Positions 25,402 through 35,891 of a DNA stretch of 64,000 nt are shown in pieces. The stretch comes from Phyllosticta citribraziliensis (taxonomy: Eukaryota), in the NCBI RefSeq assembly GCF_038025025.1, contig NW_027117338.1:3348001-3412000 (forward strand). Direction: 5' to 3'. The position numbers and the translations under genes were made by a program. The notes under the pieces were generated by a model. That model was given only the letters and a program-made list of their open reading frames with translations. It had not been told where the DNA came from and did no database searches. Numbering within the stretch: the stretch's first letter is position 1; each line of letters starts with the position of its first letter.

Positions 25402-25795
25402 AGAAGATGGTCCGAAGTGGGTGTCGAAAGAAAAGGCATTCCCGGAGTCCGTAGCTGCGGTGGTGAACGGCAGCTCCCTAGTTTCCGCGGTTGTAGTAAA
25501 TGAAAGCTCCTCAGATGCAGAAGCCGTGGATTTCTTTTTGACAATAAGCGTGGGCAGAATGTGTTCTGTGAAGATGTTGAGGTGACGTTGGATCGCCGGG
25601 TACGTAGGCCCGGCCCGCACCTTCGTGCTCGTTGCGCACCTCCGCTCAACTCGCGCGACGCGACTTCCTAACCTCTAACCTCGCGAATCCTCCCTGTCTG
25701 CGAACGCCACCGGCGCATCAGTCGACCAGCGCCGGGACAGACATGTCTACGACAATTCCCCAACGATAGCTACGCAATATCGCTACCAAGTCAGC

Positions 25796-28700
25796 ATGGC
25801 TTTCAACACCACCGCCGCGTCGAATACTCCAGATCTTAAGCGCCTGCCCATCTCGGCCCTGCACCCCGGCCTCCCATCGCTCGCCACGCAGTCGATTGTT
25901 GCCATTGTGACGCTTGTCTGGCCATACAGCTCGAGCACTCGTTCCTGCGCCCTGCTCCTCGCCGAGCCCGACTTCCGCCTGCGCCGCCGCCGCGGCCAGG
26001 TCCGCGTGCAATTCTTCGCCGATGCAGCCCACGCCGTCGCCACTTCTGGCGTTGGAATAGGAGATGTAGTCGTGCTACGGCTCGGGCCGAGCATACAATG
26101 GCTGGCCAGTAGTGGAGAGGAAGAGGTGGTGTGCACGCCTGGCAAGAGCGTCGAATGGGAGCTTGGATACCGGCGCGCGTTGCGTCTCAGGGCCTGGCGC
26201 GATGGCGAGCTGCTGGCAAGCCTGGACGTACGCAGCGAATCGACGCCTGAGCGGCAGACGGAAGAGGTGGAGGAGGACCATGTGTACGACACGCCGAGCA
26301 AGATTGTCGGACGCTTCAGTGGCGAAGGCTTGAAGATGGGATCATGGGCTTCGCCTGCCTTTTTGAAGCGCTCTAGGCTTTCTCTTGACTCGGCGCGAGA
26401 CGGTCAAGACATTTTTGCCGACGAGGATGGATATGTGGAAGGCAAGGGCAGGAAGAAGAGAAAGTCGTGGATGAATGTGGGCATGTGGACGTATGCCAAC
26501 AGGACGCCCTCTCCCGAGAAGGGCGAGGTCTTGTCTGCGGATGGCGCCATGAGCCCTTCTCCCGAAGAGATGGTCACCGCTGGACCAGCTGAAACCCTGC
26601 ATACCCCCAAGTCAACCAGCACCGCTACTGAAGTGGATGAGAATGAAGAGCTTGTCCTTGAGCGCCCTGAACATGAACCAGTCCAAGACCACCTGAACAT
26701 CTCTCCAAGCCCAGCGTCTCGCGAGGCGGCTGAGCAGCTGAAAGAAGAGACGATCGACCAGCAGTTCCTGCAGGAGACTGCTCAACACGATTTCGTCAGG
26801 GGCGATACTGAGGAGAACACCGAGGTCGACGAGCTTTTCAGTGAGCCCGAGGACAGGATAGAAGGGCGACTTTCTTTCCAGGAGCTCAAAGCCATAGAAC
26901 AAGATGAATCTTCCACGGAAGAAGATGAGCCGCCTCTTCTCGTACCCGGAGCGGTGCTGCAAAGGCAAGCGGAGGATTACTCGGGCGACACAGAGGAGGA
27001 CTCCGACGACGCATTTCTCCAAGTCAAAGAGCTTGACCGAAGTCTCACACCGACTGAAGTCGACTCTGATGAAGATGAAGGCTCCGAGAGCGAGGAGAGC
27101 ACGGCCGAAAGTCAAGTCGCTCGGTCCCCGCTAGAAAGGCTGCCTCTGGAGGAAACAATCAAAACAACGAGCAAAGAACAGGAAGCAGCCGGAAATGCGG
27201 CTGAACCCCAGTCGAGTGGTACCCGCGCCATGCTTCCACCTGCTCTTCGACCAAGTGCTTCTGATGAATCTGCCACAAAAACGCCGCCGCGGACTCCGCA
27301 GTCCTCCGCACAAGGTCCCGATCGTGCACCTCCGACGCCCCAGTTGCAACCTGTGACTTCCATCAACCTACCCCTGCCATCTCCGTTCCCTGAAACAAGC
27401 GCTTCGGAGCCCACCTCATACATGGATGCGCGTCCTCTGCCTCAAGCTCAAGGAGCCACGGAGACAGAAGCGCCACTTGAACCTCCACAGCTCTCGGTTG
27501 TGGCGGAAGAGCAAGAGCCGGAGGACGCACAACTACAAGACACCAGCTTCAGCATGATCTCTCCTATCTACCCTGGTTTTGATCAGATTCAGAGTTCAAT
27601 CGATAGCAGTCTGGGCGATTTGAAGGGAATGCCAGAATTGAGTGATCCGTTCACGTTTGGCCTTGATGGCTCTCTTTTGTCCAGGATGATACCGGGCAGG
27701 GCTTCTAGCGTCGGCCATGAGCAACCACCTGCCGGCACTGACAACGAAAAGGATGGTCACGACGACATGGCCAAACCCACTAGCACTGGACCCACTACAA
27801 CTGCCTCGGAAACTCTGCGTCAAACACAAGCAAGGTCCCCATCGAAAGAACCTTGGATGGATGTTTTGGTACAAGACAAGCTCGAGGGAGAGAATCAACA
27901 ACCTTCCCAGCTTCTTGTTTCTCCAGACAAGGAGAGTCTCGAGTCGCCAAAGCGCACTATAGAAGCAGCGCCTCCATCGCTCCAAGCTCAGCCAGATGGC
28001 CTACCGGAAGCCCTTCAACCAGCAGTCTCCGACTTGTCAGAAACGGCCCAGGATGAGATCTTAGGGGCGAACAATGCTCCCATTTTCCAGGACGCAGTCG
28101 ATGACTTTCAGCCCCAGTCGCTCTCGTTTGACGACGGCTATGTTCCAATGATCGATGACTGGGACATGCCGAATTTGGACTCTGATCCACCGGACATTCC
28201 GATGGCAGAGCCTGATGGGCAGGACTCGTTTGCGCCATCCCTAGAAGAGGATCGCGAACAAACGCCCACCCGCGACGCCAATGTCGCTCCTCCACCATCA
28301 GAGGTCATTGATATTGCTGAGAAACCTTTTGTGAAATCGACACCCACACCCGCTAAACCTGAAGTCACCATCATCGATCTGGACAGTGACACTGAGGATG
28401 AGGACGTGTCTGATACTGAAAGAGCCACAACGACCAAATCAACGCCGCAAGCTACCATCACTGGCCCAGCTCCCGTATCGATTGGTAAAGACAATTCCCA
28501 AAGACCCTTGGAAGCCCAGTTGAAGCCAGCAGAGCGGAAAACGCCACAAAAGCAAGGCTCTCAGGCTCTCAGTCCCTTGAAAAGTTCGCAGCAGCGCTTC
28601 AGGACCCCATTCTCAGATTTCGACCAAACGGAACTTTCTCAGGGCGGCACGCCGCGACGCCATCGCCTCATTGCGACACCTGCCTCTCAGGCCTCTTCCA

Positions 28701-31003
28701 TTGCCGACCGAGTTTCATCCCGGAGAAGGCGAACAGAGGTCAAGGATTCTGAGTGCGAGTGGGATTCGACGGCGTCTGTCTCAACGCAGAAGCCGTCGTC
28801 GCCGCCCTCGGAAGCTGCCGATGCGAAGCTCTCTGAAGACAATGAGAATCACTCAACAGCTACGACGACGAACTCCGTGGAGGAATATCCGCAAAAGACT
28901 GCTGCACCTGCTGAGAGATCTTCTCCGCCTGTTGAAGCAGCCCGACTTCGGCCTTGGGAGAACGAGCGCTATTCCAGTCCTTTTACCAGTCAAATTTTGG
29001 AGGAATTGTCGCAAAAGCCACTTGAAGAGCTTTCTCAACGCCCATCCCAGTTTCAGGGCCTGAAGAATCAAACGCCGCAGAAGCCGCCTCCAGTGTCTAC
29101 AATCGAAGAGCTTGCGCCGTCCTCTCCTGGCGTCGAGCAAACTGCAAGAGCTCCGTCTGAGTCCTCTGAAGGGGTTCATGAGGACAAGTCCTCAAGGGCA
29201 CCGTCTGAGATGTCTCAGTATTTTGGGGAAGGCACTCCAGCCGTAGAGAACTTCCGCAACATGGTCCGCACTTTTGTTCGGTCATCGTCCCCTTTGCCCG
29301 AGCATGTGGAACGCACTCCAAAGAAGCAACAACACTCTTCAATGCTAGTTGACGACCCCAGCTTGATGCGTGCTTTGCAGACGTCTCAGGCGCCATTCTC
29401 GACGCAGCTTCGGGATCGAATGACCTCGTCTCCACCACTGGAAGACGAGACACCGTCTGATTTCACGCAGGCCGAAGATGCTGTGACACAGAAGAGAGTG
29501 TCTTCGCCTGAAAGATCCCCCAGCGTTGCATCAACTGTAAGGCGAGTGGCGGATCGTTCCTCTCCAGTCGCTCCCGATGCTATGGAGACTGCTCCTAGCG
29601 AGGAGCGTCGTCAATCCATCGACAACGATGTGCTTATGGAAGATGGCAAGACATCGTCCGCCAAGGATTTCGAGCACTCTCAAGATCTTCCAAATGTTGC
29701 TGCTAGTGACGAAACTGCCAGTCGGCCACCTCAGGAGAGCCTCCTTACTCCTGAACCGAGCCAACAAAACGCGCATATGCCTTCTTCGTTTCCCGCAAAT
29801 GAGATGGAGCAAACTTTGCCGCCGACTCCTCAGCTCACGCAAGCCAGTCATGTTGCTGAAGGGTTTGATCTCACGCAGGTCAAAGCAAAGACGCAAGGTC
29901 TCAAAACCACAGAACGGGCAAGTCAGCATGAAGAGCACGCCGACACGACGATGGGAGATACCACCTTGGTCGAGCCTCCTGCAAGCCATTCTCAAACGGA
30001 CCGTCAAGCCGAACCAACTTCGCCATCTTTTTCCGTCAAGTCGGTCGAGGAATTGAAATCGCCTTCGCCAACCTTTTCCGAAAGAGTCCGCCTATACGAA
30101 TCCTCCCAGCCAGAAATGTCCCAGCGCTCAGTCTTTTCACAAAGCCAGGGCTTGCGCACCTCCCTCGGCTACTTCACTTCGCTTTCTTCGCTGCCACAGC
30201 ATCTCAACTCGCAGGCTCAAATCGACGTCCTCGCCGTATGCACCCGCGCAACCAAGCGCCCTGAGCGCGCCACTTCCGGGCCAAAAGACTACTTTACCTC
30301 ATTCCGCATTGCAGATGAAAGTCTTGACGCTGATGCCACGTCGGTCCAGGTGCAGGTGTTCCGCCCCTGGAAGGCCGCGCTGCCCGAGTGCGACGTCGGT
30401 GACGTGGTACTGCTGCGCAACTTTGTGCCCAAGAGCCGCAAGGGTAAGGTCGGACTCATCAGCGCAGCGGAGAGCGCGTGGTGCGTTTTTAGGTATGGCA
30501 AGAACTTGTCGCAGCGGGCGGCAGCGGAGCAAGACCATACATGGAGCCAAAGCCAGAACAAGCCTCAAGCGAATGGCGACGTTGACGGCGACGGCGACGA
30601 CTCGCAGAAGCGGCGGGACACCGATAAGGAAGAAGCTAAGAAGGGAAAGCGCCAGTCCGACATCATGCACTCGCTCCGCCCCATCTGGGCTGACACGTAT
30701 AGCCCCCTGTGGGGCGATTTGACTGGCGTGGTCGACGGATTAGATGATGAGGACGCGAGCGAGGCCAAGGCTGAGGACAACGCAAACGGGTCGACCGAAA
30801 CGGAGGAGACAGAGCAAAAAGGGACGAGTGACGTGGAGCGTGGCAGATACAACCCTGAGAGCGGCGCGTCGAGGGAGGAGTGCCACGGCCCGCCGGTCGA
30901 GTATGGCGATCAGGAGAGGAGGGAGGCAAGAAGGCTGAGGGACTGGTGGGTTGGTGGTGGTGGTGGCGGCGGTGCGGTTGCAAAGATCAACGGGGACGTG
31001 TAG
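25796..31003 (+). CDS. 1735-aa protein with an N-terminal OB-like fold and a C-terminal POT1/Cdc13-type (Telo_bind) OB fold joined by a long disordered linker
   Basis: Single long ORF. C-terminal IDVLAVC...SGPKDYFTSFRIAD...VQVFRPWKAALPECDVGDVVLLRNF is POT1 OB1-like. N-terminal SIVAIVTLVWPYSS...GIGDVVVLRL is also OB-like. Confidence 0.75.
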   Translation: MAFNTTAASNTPDLKRLPISALHPGLPSLATQSIVAIVTLVWPYSSSTRSCALLLAEPDFRLRRRRGQVRVQFFADAAHAVATSGVGIGDVVVLRLGPSIQWLASSGEEEVVCTPGKSVEWELGYRRALRLRAWRDGELLASLDVRSESTPERQTEEVEEDHVYDTPSKIVGRFSGEGLKMGSWASPAFLKRSRLSLDSARDGQDIFADEDGYVEGKGRKKRKSWMNVGMWTYANRTPSPEKGEVLSADGAMSPSPEEMVTAGPAETLHTPKSTSTATEVDENEELVLERPEHEPVQDHLNISPSPASREAAEQLKEETIDQQFLQETAQHDFVRGDTEENTEVDELFSEPEDRIEGRLSFQELKAIEQDESSTEEDEPPLLVPGAVLQRQAEDYSGDTEEDSDDAFLQVKELDRSLTPTEVDSDEDEGSESEESTAESQVARSPLERLPLEETIKTTSKEQEAAGNAAEPQSSGTRAMLPPALRPSASDESATKTPPRTPQSSAQGPDRAPPTPQLQPVTSINLPLPSPFPETSASEPTSYMDARPLPQAQGATETEAPLEPPQLSVVAEEQEPEDAQLQDTSFSMISPIYPGFDQIQSSIDSSLGDLKGMPELSDPFTFGLDGSLLSRMIPGRASSVGHEQPPAGTDNEKDGHDDMAKPTSTGPTTTASETLRQTQARSPSKEPWMDVLVQDKLEGENQQPSQLLVSPDKESLESPKRTIEAAPPSLQAQPDGLPEALQPAVSDLSETAQDEILGANNAPIFQDAVDDFQPQSLSFDDGYVPMIDDWDMPNLDSDPPDIPMAEPDGQDSFAPSLEEDREQTPTRDANVAPPPSEVIDIAEKPFVKSTPTPAKPEVTIIDLDSDTEDEDVSDTERATTTKSTPQATITGPAPVSIGKDNSQRPLEAQLKPAERKTPQKQGSQALSPLKSSQQRFRTPFSDFDQTELSQGGTPRRHRLIATPASQASSIADRVSSRRRRTEVKDSECEWDSTASVSTQKPSSPPSEAADAKLSEDNENHSTATTTNSVEEYPQKTAAPAERSSPPVEAARLRPWENERYSSPFTSQILEELSQKPLEELSQRPSQFQGLKNQTPQKPPPVSTIEELAPSSPGVEQTARAPSESSEGVHEDKSSRAPSEMSQYFGEGTPAVENFRNMVRTFVRSSSPLPEHVERTPKKQQHSSMLVDDPSLMRALQTSQAPFSTQLRDRMTSSPPLEDETPSDFTQAEDAVTQKRVSSPERSPSVASTVRRVADRSSPVAPDAMETAPSEERRQSIDNDVLMEDGKTSSAKDFEHSQDLPNVAASDETASRPPQESLLTPEPSQQNAHMPSSFPANEMEQTLPPTPQLTQASHVAEGFDLTQVKAKTQGLKTTERASQHEEHADTTMGDTTLVEPPASHSQTDRQAEPTSPSFSVKSVEELKSPSPTFSERVRLYESSQPEMSQRSVFSQSQGLRTSLGYFTSLSSLPQHLNSQAQIDVLAVCTRATKRPERATSGPKDYFTSFRIADESLDADATSVQVQVFRPWKAALPECDVGDVVLLRNFVPKSRKGKVGLISAAESAWCVFRYGKNLSQRAAAEQDHTWSQSQNKPQANGDVDGDGDDSQKRRDTDKEEAKKGKRQSDIMHSLRPIWADTYSPLWGDLTGVVDGLDDEDASEAKAEDNANGSTETEETEQKGTSDVERGRYNPESGASREECHGPPVEYGDQERREARRLRDWWVGGGGGGGAVAKINGDV

Positions 31004-32014
31004 TGTGGTGTGTATGTGGGAATGGTAGGGAAGAAGCGGGTTTCATGTCTTCCACCTGCTCATACTGTGGTGTTTAGGTACGGGAAGACCAAAATGAGCG
31101 TTTGGGTCTTGCACCAATCCAGTTTTCCACCAAGGTAACATCGCGATTTGTGGATTTCGTGACGATGCGGCCGCCCGTGAAGCCTCCCGGCATTCCCGTC
31201 GTTGTTGTCGAGGCTCGTCGCTATTAGCAAACAGTGCTGGACACTGTTGGCAGACGATGACAAGCGTTCGCAAAGCATCACCGCAACAGAAAGATACTGG
31301 AATAAGGAACACAAAGACAAAGTATTTTGGTGGTGACAGCTTCAGGGTGAGCTGCCCCAACCAGAAAAGCAGAGCCAGTATGAACGGGGCTTTGATACTG
31401 TCATTTAAGCGCACGGGACAGGCAGTTGTGAAGTGTAAGTAGCGGGGGCAAGTAAGCTGCCTTTATACCTTTGGAGTTACTTAGTCTAAGGGTCACTGCG
31501 CCTGAGGTGCGTGATGCGGAGAGATTATGGGGCAAGGTGTCGTGCAAGCGCGGAGTTGAACGCAGTCGTATGAGTACTGAGCTTGACCTACTGACACAAC
31601 ATTAGGCGCGCACTACCGTCCACTTCAGGGCAGTGAGTACAAAACAGCTTTTGTCACAGTTCACTAACTTTTCCGTGGGTGGTCCTTTTCCTGGTGAAAA
31701 AGACACTGAAAGGTGTTGTTGGAGTGATTCAATGTGAAGTGATGCTGAAGTGAACACTTCTGACTAATAACATTATGAGGCAATGTGGGACAGCTCAAGA
31801 AGCATGACAAGCTTTCTAGGTCCGCCATGCAACTCTAAACAAGCAGACAAGGAGACAAGGAAAAGTGAGAACGAAGGGTTCGTCGATCCAAAGTGTCGAT
31901 CCATAAGTGGTGGTGTCCATGTCTAGAAATGGAATGAAACTCTGAGTCGATTGAAGTACGGCGCCGAGGCGGGTGGGTGGGCGCTATTTATCGATTTGGC
32001 CTCTTCTCAGGCCA

Positions 32015-32189
32015 CCGTGCGGGCAGGCACATGCCGCCAAAGCTTTTCTTACAGCTCGTGGTTGATTCATCACGAGGGCCTATGAGGAGTAGTTGTGACT
32101 GTGTTCCGTGCAGGTAGGCACATGGCAGAAAGTCTTTCCGCTGCTCGTGGTCAATTCATCACGAGGTCCTATGGGAAGTGTTTGTGACT
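32015..32189. repeat. Degenerate two-copy tandem repeat (period ~89 bp), each copy with a CTCGTG-N10-CACGAG inverted repeat
   Basis: Copies 32015-32100 and 32106-32189 align along their length; hairpins at 32055-32076 and 32144-32165. Confidence 0.75.
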
Positions 32190-32950
32190 ACATTCTTGAT
32201 GGAGCAGAAGGTACTGGAAAGTGCAGGATATCGACGCGTGTCAATGCAGATAGTCAGGACATCAACCTGCCAACGCTCTTCGCCACCATCCAGCGTTTTG
32301 AGTCCTCGATCACTCCCAGACTCATCCACATCATCTGCTTTTTCAACCACATTGACCAGCCGCTCTGATGCGATGCTTCCAGGAAGTTCGGACATAGTCT
32401 TCACCTTGGCTTGCTGCGAGAGGAGACGGGCGACATCAGCGATTGAAGAATTACTCGTAGACGCGTAGGTAAAGTAGCGAAATCCGAGAGTCTGGAGAGG
32501 TACACGTCCGCGAAGGGAGTGAAATCAAGGTGTGTTGTATTGAGTGAGTGGTTGCGGGACTGAGGTATCGCCAAAGGCGGTGCCCGCCGGACACGCTAGA
32601 CTAACTACGGACTAGCGCTTCGGCTATTCGACGACTCTGCTGCCTACATGGAGACTCTGTCCTCCATTATTAGATTCGTAGGCGCACAGTGGATGTCGCA
32701 ACATATCAGACCTCCTGGTAATGCGTGGGAGCGTTTATTTGCTTCTGTAGTAGTTGGCTTCGGGACGTTCGTTGTGCGCGATGCGCGATCAGTTTGCCTG
32801 GGCGATGCACGGACCGTCGACCAACGCCACCACCGCCGGCCCGGTGGACGTCGGTCTACCTACCAGTGCCCTCCATCAAAAATCACGCACGCAACATTCC
32901 CGCCATCCCGACGAGGCTGATTCTTTAGTGTTGTTGACTTGATCTTTGCC

Positions 32951-34495
32951 ATGCTCAGCTGCGGCATGATTGGCAAAGCGTCCACAGCTCGTGCATTGCT
33001 GAGAGCTGCCACCAAGAAGAGCCAAACTTTCGTCAACCCCCGCCGTTGCGCTTCTCAAAATTACCAGCACGTATGGGTTGTCAAGCCTCCGCCCGACAAA
33101 GAACTTGATGGCACTGAACCTGATTACTACTATGGGCTTCCCGACTTGCGTCGTTGGTATACATACTTGCCTGTCCAGTTGGGCGACAAGTTTCAAGACG
33201 AGAGGTATACTGTGCTGCACAAGCTGGGATGGGGCCGCTGTTCAACTGTCTGGGCCGCCAAAGACAATCGGTGCGTGGCAATGTTCTCTAGCGGCGCTTG
33301 GATAAGAATCAAAGCTCATAGCGAACAGCGAACAGAGATATGTTGCACTCAAAATCTCGGGCATTGCAAAGGAAGGGGGTTCAATGGCCCGACGGGCCTA
33401 CAGGGAGAAAAGCTTCATGAGCATACGCGAATCTGATGAGAATCCAGCAAATTCTCATTTGGCAACTGGATTGGATCGATTGGCAGTTGTGCATGACCAC
33501 TTCCGCCTTGCAGGGTACCATGGAAACCACGACTGCTTCGTTGTTGAGCTTCAAGGCCAGACTGTATCCGAATTTATTGAACAGCGCAAGGCAGAGGACG
33601 CAATGCTCTCTAAGCGGCTTTTAAAGCGGATCACAAAAGACACTCTCCTTGGTCTTCGAGCTTTGCACGCCAAGGGCATTGCGCATGGAGGTTCGCTTCA
33701 CTCTTTGGTTCGCCCAATGCCTGGCGCTGACTTTGCTCAGACATTCGCACCCACAATGTGGCTTTTACGCTGCCGCCAATGGACCATCTCACAGAGGAAG
33801 AGTTCTGCCAGAAACTTGGGGAAAAGGTGGTCAAGGAGAAGCTTCCACTCAACTGTTTCCCCGAGTACTTGGTCCAACCATGCAAATTCTCAAAGGAGCT
33901 TTCGTCGCAGTGGTCGAATGTCAAAATCTTCGACTTTGGAGAAAGCTTTGACGCATCGATGCGCCCAAAAAGTCTCACTTCGCCGCGCGTGTGCCAAGCA
34001 CCTGAAGCCGTCTCCTGCCCGGATGACGTGAGTCATCGAGTAGATATGTGGAGTATGGGCTGCATGGTAAGGCTAAACCACCGAATCTGCGATGCAATCC
34101 CGCCGAAGAATGACCTCATTGACTCTTTTTTCTTTTCTTGCCAGCTCTTTGAACTAGCGACAGGCCAGCCACTGCTTGACAGTCACACGACCCAACCCGC
34201 CCCACACATGCGTCGTATCCTGGACTTGCTTTCTGATCAAGAGATACCAAACCGCTGGCGCGAAAAGTCGAACGGTACGATTGACTTAGAGCCGCCGCAA
34301 GAGCCGTCGGGCCGCACACTGCAGACACGGCTGGAGGAGATCTGTTTTGCCGACGGAAAGAAAGGGGACCTGACACGGAGCGACATTGCCAAGGTAGCCG
34401 AGCTCGCCGGGAAGATGCTGCGGTTAGACCCAGCTGAGAGGGCGTCTGCCGCTGAAATTCTGGAGGATCCGTGGCTTGCAGACGACGTGGAGTAG
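32951..34495 (+). CDS. SRPK-like (CMGC) Ser/Thr protein kinase, fungal expanded family
   Basis: YTVLHKLGWGRCSTVWAAKD, YVALKI, HG|DIRTHN, KIFDFG, QAPE, DMWSMGC, RASAAEILEDPW; three introns. Confidence 0.85.
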
Positions 34496-34541
34496 GTTAA
34501 CGAAAAGAGGAAGAGTAGGCAATCAGTACAAGGAGCATTCA

Positions 34542-34650
34542 CTCGTCGGGAAGATGTTGCGGATAGCCCCAAAGGAGAGGGCGTCTGCCGCTGAAATCTT
34601 GGAGGATCCGTGGTTTGCAGACGTCGTCGACCAGGTTGACGCAAAGGGAA
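34542..34650 (+). repeat. Diverged duplicate of the 3' end of the SRPK-like gene
   Basis: 34542-34650 matches 34403-34512 (period 139 bp), including GAGAGGGCGTCTGCCGCTGAAAT...TGGAGGATCCGTGG. Confidence 0.85.
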
Positions 34651-35891
34651 AATACCAGAACTCTGCGCGACACAGGCAAACACCAGATTTCAGCCTCGAC
34701 ATGTTGACTCTGTATGCGTTCACAGTTTGCACAATTCCAGTCTCATTCAGGGAGAAGCTGGTCGAAGACGTGACTCAGCACGCCAGCGCTCAGAGATCTG
34801 GCTGACAGCATAAACTCGCCCATCCCAAAAACAACAACACTTCCCCATCAACGTGCCCTTCCTTCGCCATCCAACAGTCTCCCGTCTCGACCGACATACG
34901 TCGCGATGATGAGACGGTCAGCAGCCCGCGTCGATTCCCGCGGCATATTCTCCGTCCCCGCTTCCTCTCACATACGGGTTTATGTAAGGACCTTGAGAAA
35001 GGGCCGCTATGCTTCAGCGACCTCGGAACGTAGCAGAGCCGCTCCGTCGAGCTGTGGAGGATGCGCTGTCTGCTCTTCGAACTCATCACCAGCAGCGCCA
35101 CGGGTCTTCACCACCTTCTCCCCCCTTCCCTGGAGATTTCGTGGGATGCGTGGGTGAGCCATGTGTAGGGTGGGTAGGTAGGATGGGCTCAGTGTGTCGA
35201 GTTGGAGGAAGCAGAAGTGTCAGTACACACGTGAGTGAGGGGGAGAGAGAGAGAGAAGCAAGGAAGAATCACAGCAGGCTTCGGGCGTGCTCGTCTCACT
35301 GACACGGAATTACTTCTCCCTCTCTTCAACTACATATAAGCAGGCATTCTGCCACACGACCGCTCAGCAACCACGTGTGGACCATAAAGCAGAACTGAGG
35401 CAAATGCGAGACGGAGCAGGAATACAAGACCGAAAGACGACGACGCATCCAATTCTATTCTCGCGCGTCGGCGCTGCACAAGACGCCGCGGCGGCGTGGG
35501 TGCGTGCAAGGAATCAAACAAGATGGGCTAAACAGTACATGTACCAAAAAGCCAAACCAAAACAAACCAAACCGTGTCTCATAACGCGCTGGCCGCTCTT
35601 TACATCGATCGCTCGCCCCGAAAAGAATAAAAAAACAAGTTTCGTTTCGCTCGTTCGTGTTTCGTTTGCTTCGTTGTGTCGTTTCGTTGCGCGGCGCAGG
35701 GGGCAAAATCAAAGACCAAGACTGGCGCAAAACGCAGCGACAAGACGCGAAGCAGTATGACGCGATGACAGAAAAAATGAGAACCGAACAGAGAGAACAG
35801 AAAGAATAGATAAGAATGCTCCACCGCACCCCATCTTATTCCAAACACCAGACGCGCTCGCTCACCTGACCAAAATGTGATGACGCCTACT

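Noticed and set aside
25666..25682. Telomere-like CCTAACCTCTAACC upstream of the OB-fold gene; also a search for a telomerase RNA template
   Set aside because: Not a true CCCTAA repeat and too short. I saw no TAACCCTAA template in the candidate ncRNA regions.
31257..31806. Possible small spliced + strand gene or snoRNA host (donors at 31435 and 31633, branch-like CTGAC/CTAAC, GTGATGC...CTGA)
   Set aside because: C boxes are non-canonical, no rRNA-complementary guide was recognised, and the spliced peptide is short and featureless.
32040..32190. Hammerhead ribozyme or C/D snoRNA reading of the GTGATGA-containing tandem repeat
   Set aside because: The core would need CTGATGA, stem II and GAAA in order; these are not satisfied, and only one copy has a downstream CTGA.
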